Source: an uncultured Eubacteriales bacterium (lineage in GTDB: Bacteria > Bacillota_I > Bacilli_A > RFN20 > CAG-288). Taken from it: a stretch of 64,000 nucleotides of DNA. A program made the position numbers and the translations under genes. Position 1 is the first letter of the stretch. Each line of letters starts with the position of its first letter. Below, in pieces: positions 57,497 to 64,000 of this stretch. The notes beneath the pieces were generated by a model. That model ran no database searches. It was given only the letters and a program-made list of their open reading frames with translations, and was not told the origin of the DNA. The stretch covers positions 14,028-78,027 of the forward strand of contig ONBI01000002.1 of assembly GCA_900316035.1 (NCBI GenBank). Direction: 5' to 3'.

Positions 57497-57981
57497 GCAA
57501 TCATCTTCTCAAAGACCCACAACAGAGAAGAGAGGAACTTGCCAGTGACGATTCTCCGTATTTCGGAGGATCTTCTTGTCTTCTTTCTCTTTCTTTTGTG
57601 CTTTATTATCTAGCGAATAAAACCGAGGATTTCCATTCTCTTTTCCCTCATATCGAAGAGCAGGTAGCTCTTCTTTATGAAGAGGATCCTCTGCTTTATT
57701 TCTATACTTCCGCTCCGAATCTCAGCGAAGAAGACGGAGTTAAAGTAAGCAAGTTCCTGGACGATTATTACGACCTCTTCACCCGATTGGATGATCTGAT
57801 TGTTTTTACGAAGGAAAGAGGAAGAACGTTTGCTCTTTCTTATCTTGAGGAAGATAGAAACTTCCTCAAGAATATTCTTTTAGATAACTTACATGCTTTC
57901 TCTAATAGAAATGATGTTCCGAACATTCTCAAAGAGAAAGTAGCTTCTCTTTCTTTTCAGGAGAATCTGAACCATGAATGA
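57493..57981 (+). CDS. hypothetical protein (162 aa)
   Basis: ATGA overlap with the cobB stop. Non-repetitive. No family recognised. Confidence 0.5.
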   Translation: MSNHLLKDPQQRREELASDDSPYFGGSSCLLSLSFVLYYLANKTEDFHSLFPHIEEQVALLYEEDPLLYFYTSAPNLSEEDGVKVSKFLDDYYDLFTRLDDLIVFTKERGRTFALSYLEEDRNFLKNILLDNLHAFSNRNDVPNILKEKVASLSFQENLNHE

Positions 57982-58342
57982 AGTAGAGAATGGTTTAAGA
58001 AGAATCCGTAAAGGAGAACATGATGAAGCCTATACGGCTTTGCTCGCTTCTTTACCGGCTTTGGATCTATTGAAGAAACTGATGGAACGGAAGAACCGTT
58101 CCAGACGTCCTTTTTCTTCTTTTTCTTTTGCGGAAGCTCATAAAGAGATCGAAGAAGCTTATGCGGTGATAGAGGATTCCTTAACTCAGGGAATCCGCTT
58201 TGAGGAATGTGTTAAGGTATTAAAGAACGTTTCGGATATCGCTTATAAAGCTTCTCAGGAGATAAAGATGCCCTCTTTGAAAAGCGATTATCTCTGGGCC
58301 AAAGATACCTTTGATTTGTCTTTATCCGCATTTCCTCACTAA
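57974..58342 (+). CDS. hypothetical helical protein (122 aa)
   Basis: 8-nt overlap with the upstream ORF. No family recognised. Confidence 0.5.
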   Translation: MNEVENGLRRIRKGEHDEAYTALLASLPALDLLKKLMERKNRSRRPFSSFSFAEAHKEIEEAYAVIEDSLTQGIRFEECVKVLKNVSDIAYKASQEIKMPSLKSDYLWAKDTFDLSLSAFPH

Positions 58343-58437
58343 AGAGAGTTACAAGAGTCTCAAATCTGTCTTGAAAAGAAGAAAAAACCACGCAGAATGC
58401 TATAATGACGGAGTAGTCAGAAGGAGGTCTTTTACTT

Positions 58438-58782
58438 ATGCCGAAACAATATGCGGAATGGTCCGATCGTAAGATTCTCATCGATTTACGTAATCGTTTT
58501 GCTACCTGCTATGAAAACGATGATGGATCTATTTTTTATATTGAACCGCAGTTCTATACCTATCTGCAGGGTTATAAGATGCAGCGTCCGGAACGTTATC
58601 AGGACTTGCTCGATGAGATGGACCGTGTCGTCCGTAAGAACCGCAAGGTCGTCTTTGTCGGACAGGAAGAGAATCCGCTAGTAGAAACAGACCACGCCAT
58701 TTACCTGACCGCCATGGATATCGCCGATAAAATCGGCTGTCTAGTCGAGCGGGAAAGCCGTGGCGCCGATTACGGAGATTAA
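58438..58782 (+). CDS. hypothetical protein (114 aa)
   Basis: AAGGAGG SD (58421-27). No family recognised. Confidence 0.55.
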   Translation: MPKQYAEWSDRKILIDLRNRFATCYENDDGSIFYIEPQFYTYLQGYKMQRPERYQDLLDEMDRVVRKNRKVVFVGQEENPLVETDHAIYLTAMDIADKIGCLVERESRGADYGD

Positions 58783-58787
58783 GCTGG

Positions 58788-60410
58788 ATGAACAAGAAAA
58801 AACTTTTTCTTCCCCTTACGGGAGTGGCACTGCTCTCACTGAGCTCTTGCTATTTCTTCTTTGGTCGTGATACAAGCGATACGAAGGCTTCTACCCAAAC
58901 CAATACCAGTGCAAAGCTGAAGCAGAGTGTCACCTATAAAACACCGAACTACACCTCTTCTATGACCAGCGAGAACATGAATATCGATAATATCGGATTA
59001 GGCTATGGTTATCATTACCTCCCTAAGACTGGTACCGATAAGATTCTCGTCGTTCCTTTCCAGACCACCGATTGCAAGTTCACTTCTTCGGAACTTACTT
59101 TGTTAGAAAAAGCTTTCTTCGGAGATGCAAACGAAACGGGTTGGGAATCGGTTGCTTCCTATTACAAGAAAGCTTCTTATGGAGCTTTGACTTTAACCGG
59201 TACGGTCACACGTCCTGTCACACTTCAGGAGTCCGCCTCTCAGCTTGAAAACGATGCCAGCAAGGTATCGGACGGACAGTATACGAACGATATTCTTCGC
59301 AGTGTTCTCAATGTCTTAGATAACGATATCGACTTCTCGGAATACGATGTCAATAACGATGGCTATATCGATGCCGTCTGGATGGTCTATGCTCCTTCCT
59401 ATGATGCAAGCTCGGATCTCTACTGGGCTTATACCACCTGGGCAACTTCGAACTCCCTTTTCGATGGCAAAAAAGCTTCCCTTTATTCCTGGGCGAGCAA
59501 GGATTTCCTGACGGCCGGTAAGTATTACAAGAGTTCTCTTTTAGGAGATACTCCTCTTGCCGATGCCCATACTTTCATCCATGAGACCGGTCATATGTTA
59601 GGACTTGATGATTACTATTCCTATGATGCCGGAAAAGATAAATCCTCTTCGACCTATTACGATTCTCCGTTAGGTGGAGTTGATATGATGGATTTCAATA
59701 TTGGAGATCATTGTGCGTTCTCAAAGTATCTTCTCGGTTGGAAGAGCCCGACTGTTGTTACCGAAGAATATCTCAAAGCCAACAACAATGTTCTTACCCT
59801 GAAGTCCTTCACCGAAAGCGGTCAGTCTTATCTGCTTCCGGTTTATAATGCCGACAACGAGATGGTTTATAACGGAACTCCTTTTGATGAGTACCTTTTA
59901 GTGGAATATTACACTCCGACAAATCTCAACTATAAGGATTCTCTCAAGGTCTATACGGCGAACTTAGGAACCTATACTAAATCCGGTGTTTTAGTTACGC
60001 ATATCAATGCGACAATCGGTAAAGTCGTTCCGAATCGTAGTGGGGATCCGGTCTGGGATGGTTATGCCTACGATAAACTCGGAACGTATAATACTTCTTG
60101 GGGCAAGAGTTATCTTTACGCTTATCTTTATAACAACACCAAATCCTATTGCTACGATAAGACATTAGACGATTCTGGTCTTCCTTTCTATCGCGGCCGA
60201 TTGATTTCCCTTCTTCCGGCCACCGGAAGCCGTATCAACGGCGCTAAGACCGGTTTTTCCAAGAATCCGTCTCTTTATACGCAGGGTTCTCATTTTGATA
60301 GTGTCACCTATCCAAATTTCGAATTCGATGATGGGTCTACGCCTCGCTATGGTTTCACCGTCTCGACGACTACTTCTACGAGCTGTCAGTTGACATTCAA
60401 GGATTTCTGA
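58788..60410 (+). CDS. lipoprotein, M6 / immune-inhibitor-A-like zinc metalloprotease
   Basis: Lipobox LSLSS|C. HTFIHETGHMLGLDDYY carries an HExxH motif with a GLDDYY context, as in M6 peptidases. Confidence 0.7.
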   Translation: MNKKKLFLPLTGVALLSLSSCYFFFGRDTSDTKASTQTNTSAKLKQSVTYKTPNYTSSMTSENMNIDNIGLGYGYHYLPKTGTDKILVVPFQTTDCKFTSSELTLLEKAFFGDANETGWESVASYYKKASYGALTLTGTVTRPVTLQESASQLENDASKVSDGQYTNDILRSVLNVLDNDIDFSEYDVNNDGYIDAVWMVYAPSYDASSDLYWAYTTWATSNSLFDGKKASLYSWASKDFLTAGKYYKSSLLGDTPLADAHTFIHETGHMLGLDDYYSYDAGKDKSSSTYYDSPLGGVDMMDFNIGDHCAFSKYLLGWKSPTVVTEEYLKANNNVLTLKSFTESGQSYLLPVYNADNEMVYNGTPFDEYLLVEYYTPTNLNYKDSLKVYTANLGTYTKSGVLVTHINATIGKVVPNRSGDPVWDGYAYDKLGTYNTSWGKSYLYAYLYNNTKSYCYDKTLDDSGLPFYRGRLISLLPATGSRINGAKTGFSKNPSLYTQGSHFDSVTYPNFEFDDGSTPRYGFTVSTTTSTSCQLTFKDF

Positions 60411-63400
60411 TGAGCATTGCATTTTACCGCGAGCAGGAGCTCGCTATCACCTTCCGTGCCGAATACCGAAAAGCGGTATTCGGTCTTTTCCATGTCGCTT
60501 TTCTGGATAACGAAGATAACTATGTGATTCCAAGTGAGGATAAGCCTTCGATTGAAGCAGCTCTTTCTTTCTATGAGAACTTCATTCTCAAAGGAGATAC
60601 GTATCCCGTTTACGATGGCAAGAATTTCTATGCCCAACCGGTTCGTGATCCCCGTGTCTTAAAACAGGTTCTTGGGTTACCGGATTCTCTCTATCGCCGT
60701 CTTGATCTCAGCAAGGATATCCTTTCGCAGATCACGTTTGTCGATGGGCTCAAGGACTTAAAGAATTCCTGCTATTATCTGATTCAGAGAGATAAGAAGA
60801 GCAGTTGGTCGTATCGGGATGATTTCAAACTTTTCTGCCTGAATTCGGGTGTCTTCTTCCTTTACGATGAGACGAAGCCTTTCATGAATCGGGAGATTAC
60901 TTCCTTACCGGTTTTCTTTGATGAATCCCGTTTTGATCCCGAACTGAAGACGCTTTATCATCAGGCGACCAGCGATCGGTTTGCTATCGATTTCTTAGGG
61001 GAAAAATGCACCAATGAGTTTGTGACGGAGATGAAGAAATACGATTCCTTCTCTTTACAGGAGCGAGTCGATTTCTTCCTCAACGACCGCTTTGATGCTA
61101 GACTTGCCGATCTCAATCAGGATCCTACCTTCCGAAGGAAGTATGAATTCCTGTTAAGAGAATACATTTCTTCTTTGATCAATGTCCTTTATGACCGTTA
61201 TTGCTTTAAGGTTCTGAATAAAGTCACTTCGAAACTCTCTTATCTCACGATTGCAAAGTTCCAGTCGCAGGATCATCTTGTCTATTCTTTATCGGCTTCT
61301 CATGCCGATATGTTCTCTTCTACGGGAAAAGAAGGAACCTTTGCTTTTGATCCGCAGGATAAAGAGAAGATTTCTTTATTGATTGATGAGACTCTGAAAG
61401 ATTGCCCGAACGGTTCTTTATTGACGATCTATAGTCATCTCGGACTTCCTTATGAAGGTTATGAAGCTATTCCGAACAAAGAGGAGCCTTTCACGAAAGA
61501 ATCCTTACTTGCTTCGCTTCCTTTTGAAGAGAAAGCAAGAAGTTCGGAAGAAAGATTCCTGACTGCTAAGAGATACGATACTTTCTATTCTTATCTCTCT
61601 GGCGAAAAGGAACATGAGATTGCTTTCTTAGGAAGAAGACTTTTTGAAGAGGGGGTTGAGATCATCTCTTCAAGACCTCTTTTAGAAGAGAATCCAACTA
61701 ACACCTTCACTGTCCGTATTTGGAACACACCGAAATGTGCTTCATTAGCCACTTTGTTCAGCGAAGAGAAAAATGTTACATTCTCTTTAGCGGAACAGGT
61801 CTATCCTTCTTATCTTCTTTATCAAGGCTTGGATGAACAGGACGGACTGAAAGAAGCTTTGAAGAAGTTAGACTATGCTTCGCAAGGAAAAGCGGCGGCT
61901 TTCTTCTTACATGCTTTTAAAGGAATCACGATTGAAAGAGCCGTCGACTTGATGCTTGTCACTTTCGATTGCCAGGAGATCAAGAGCGCCCAGCTTCTCA
62001 AGTTCTTCTTCTATGTTCTCCTTTATCCTCTTGCGATTGTCGAAAGAGAATGCCGCTTACAGGCAATCCGAGAAAACGATGCTTTGATTCTGGTTGCCTT
62101 AGATGGTATGCCGAATCAGTTTGAGACGTATGAACCGACGCTTCCTTATCCATATGTTTCTTATGGTAAGATTGCGTATTCTTTCCGCCGTTCTTTCTTC
62201 TCGAAACCATATCTATGTTCTTCGGAGAAGAATGCGATTGAAAGAAGTATTCAGTATTATTCCAACACCTATAAATCTCTTTTCCCGAAGAATAAGAAAC
62301 AGGCCGATGAGAATACTTTCATTCTCACGCAGATTGGTTTACCGAACGATATTGTTTCCGATATTGATTTCTCAAAGCCTCTGATTCCGCAACTTCCTTA
62401 TCAGGATAACCTCTGCCATCTCTGCCATCATACGATTCCGACGTATCATCCGACTCTTACCGATATTCCTTCCGGAAGAGATAACGCTTATCTCACTTAT
62501 CTTTTTGCTAGGGCTGCCGAAAACGGTGTCTTCCTTTCGGGAAGAATCCTCGATCAGAACTACGATTTAGCTTCTTTCTATGAACCTCTGAAAGATGGAA
62601 CTTATACGGGGTTATTCCATTTCGATCGAGCTTATATTCAACCTGTTCTGCTTCCGTATGTGAATGTCTCGGCGAAGATGGTTCTTGCTTTGCTTTCGGC
62701 TTTCTTCCCGAATTCCTTAGCCAATGATACCTACTACTCCCAAGTGGTTTCGTTCTTATCCTTAGGGGATAAGACGATTCAGCGTCTTATGTTTGATTGC
62801 CGAAAAGAAGACTATATGCTTCTTTTCTCCCATATGATGGTCTTCACCCATCTTGTCTTCCTCTATCTCGTAATCGGTGTTGCGTACGCCTATAACGTCT
62901 CCCAGGATATCATTCCGCCGAGTGAAACCGAGATCACGATGAATCTCGATTACAACCCTCGTCTTCTTTATCCTTATGTCATCTTAGGAAGGTACTACAA
63001 TGCCTACACCGATGATTTACGGAAAGGAGAATATTATTTCTGCTCATGTGAAAAGGAGTCTATGCTCTCGTTAGCAAAAGCTTTTGATCGCACCTATCAG
63101 CAGAAAGGATACGATCGGAAATTGGAAGCACCGATTCTTTTAGGCGTTGTCGGTGTACCTTACTTAGTCATTCTCAAGTATGCGGACTTTGATCTCAGCG
63201 AGAACTCGGTGGAAGATCTGATCGATGCAATTCCTTTTAAAGAGAGCATCTGCAGACGTTGTCTGAACGTCAACCATGCTGCCTTGATTCAACCTTTTAC
63301 CAAGGCTTTCCCATACAAGGAAAACAAGGAAGCGGAATACTCTTTTGCCGTCAATCGGATGATCCATGATGGCTTCCGTATCTTCTCGGATTACACGACT

Positions 63401-63835
63401 CCGGAAGTCCGCTATCATCCGGAAAGACACTACGATCTTTCTTTGACCTTAGGCGATAATCTTCCTTTCTTAGACTATACCGAAGACAATGTTCCGGAAG
63501 CTCTGTTCACCTTCTTTGTCATGTCGCAGGATACTCTGCGGAACCGTCTTTATGATTTTGCCAAAGTAGGTTCGAACAATGCGGAAGCAATTGCTACCGC
63601 TTCTGGTATTCTTTTAGACGCGAATCTTCGTTCTCCACAGGAAATTCTGGATCTGATGACCGATGATTTCAATAAAGTGACAAAAGATGCTTTACTGGAA
63701 CATTTCCCTGAAATTCAAAGAGTCCGGGAATCTTTCCAAGGACCGGTTATGCAAGCGATGATCGGTTTCTTCCTCTATCTTGTCCAAGAGCTCAACGAGA
63801 AGTATGCCGAATTAGAAAGCCACGTCGGGAGGTAA
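60410..63835 (+). CDS. large hypothetical protein (1141 aa) with two Cys/His modules
   Basis: TGATG overlap with the protease gene. No P-loop and no signal peptide. Contains C603...C669xxC672HH and C878xC880...C948xxC951 modules. No family recognised. Confidence 0.6.
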   Translation: MSIAFYREQELAITFRAEYRKAVFGLFHVAFLDNEDNYVIPSEDKPSIEAALSFYENFILKGDTYPVYDGKNFYAQPVRDPRVLKQVLGLPDSLYRRLDLSKDILSQITFVDGLKDLKNSCYYLIQRDKKSSWSYRDDFKLFCLNSGVFFLYDETKPFMNREITSLPVFFDESRFDPELKTLYHQATSDRFAIDFLGEKCTNEFVTEMKKYDSFSLQERVDFFLNDRFDARLADLNQDPTFRRKYEFLLREYISSLINVLYDRYCFKVLNKVTSKLSYLTIAKFQSQDHLVYSLSASHADMFSSTGKEGTFAFDPQDKEKISLLIDETLKDCPNGSLLTIYSHLGLPYEGYEAIPNKEEPFTKESLLASLPFEEKARSSEERFLTAKRYDTFYSYLSGEKEHEIAFLGRRLFEEGVEIISSRPLLEENPTNTFTVRIWNTPKCASLATLFSEEKNVTFSLAEQVYPSYLLYQGLDEQDGLKEALKKLDYASQGKAAAFFLHAFKGITIERAVDLMLVTFDCQEIKSAQLLKFFFYVLLYPLAIVERECRLQAIRENDALILVALDGMPNQFETYEPTLPYPYVSYGKIAYSFRRSFFSKPYLCSSEKNAIERSIQYYSNTYKSLFPKNKKQADENTFILTQIGLPNDIVSDIDFSKPLIPQLPYQDNLCHLCHHTIPTYHPTLTDIPSGRDNAYLTYLFARAAENGVFLSGRILDQNYDLASFYEPLKDGTYTGLFHFDRAYIQPVLLPYVNVSAKMVLALLSAFFPNSLANDTYYSQVVSFLSLGDKTIQRLMFDCRKEDYMLLFSHMMVFTHLVFLYLVIGVAYAYNVSQDIIPPSETEITMNLDYNPRLLYPYVILGRYYNAYTDDLRKGEYYFCSCEKESMLSLAKAFDRTYQQKGYDRKLEAPILLGVVGVPYLVILKYADFDLSENSVEDLIDAIPFKESICRRCLNVNHAALIQPFTKAFPYKENKEAEYSFAVNRMIHDGFRIFSDYTTPEVRYHPERHYDLSLTLGDNLPFLDYTEDNVPEALFTFFVMSQDTLRNRLYDFAKVGSNNAEAIATASGILLDANLRSPQEILDLMTDDFNKVTKDALLEHFPEIQRVRESFQGPVMQAMIGFFLYLVQELNEKYAELESHVGR

Positions 63836-63838
63836 CTT

Positions 63839-64000
63839 ATGGAATATACGGCCGATACCTTTGTCACCCATTCACAGAAAAGTGTAGCTACCCGTTACCC
63901 CACGGTTCTCAAAGGGGCTTTCTATTACGTTTATACCGACGAAAAAGGTGGCTATCATATGGCCAAAGAGGATGAGGCTTCTTTAAAAGCCCGCATCCGC
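63839..64000 (+). CDS. hypothetical protein, N-terminal 54 codons (continues beyond the window)
   Basis: GGGAGG SD, ATG 63839, and an open frame to the window edge (MEYTADTFVTHSQKSVATRYPTVLKGAFYYVYTDEKGGYHMAKEDE...). Confidence 0.45.
   Translation, partial: MEYTADTFVTHSQKSVATRYPTVLKGAFYYVYTDEKGGYHMAKEDEASLKARIR

Noticed and set aside
1-64000. Alternative genetic code or recoding (for example TGA as Trp, or programmed frameshifts) and mobile elements
   Set aside because: All long housekeeping ORFs are intact under the standard code. The only frame disruptions are the A14 tract and the decayed toxin gene. No transposase, integrase, phage or conjugation genes were recognised.

Overview
This is a 64-kb chromosomal segment with the gene content of an anaerobic Bacillota (Firmicutes)-type organism. 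It reads cleanly under the standard bacterial code, since all long housekeeping ORFs are intact. I support about 57 protein-coding genes. By eye I find no rRNA, tRNA, CRISPR array, transposase or integrase. The housekeeping blocks are thyA-folA, fakB-fakA-plsX, jag-yidC-rnpA-rpmH, rpmG-secE-nusG, pncB-nadD-nadE, serS, yaaA-recF-gyrB-gyrA, class-3 fbp, PFOR, a flavodiiron protein, and two tandem hsp20 genes with CIRCE-like operators. The accessory material is an alpha-galactoside locus, an intact DinJ/RelB antitoxin next to a decayed YafQ toxin, a GH3/membrane-protein/esterase operon lying divergent to a LytTR two-component system, an ArsR/P-type ATPase metal pair, an AlbA_2-type regulator beside a 7 x 9-bp tandem repeat, and a co-directional block from 56.3 kb to the window end. 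In that block a canonical sirtuin and an M6-like lipoprotein protease are coupled to proteins I cannot place, including a 1141-aa protein with a duplicated Cys module. This orphan operon (58438 to beyond 64000) is my best candidate for an undescribed system. Other notable signals are an A14 homopolymer that takes the esterase gene's probable ATG out of frame, GCTAGC-centred perfect palindromes, a colinear intergenic repeat that follows two terminators, a 0.79-kb non-coding region with its own terminator upstream of PFOR, two leaderless-type promoters, and origin-type gene blocks present without dnaA or dnaN. All calls rest on reading the sequence and ORF translations and on motif recall. No database search was run.
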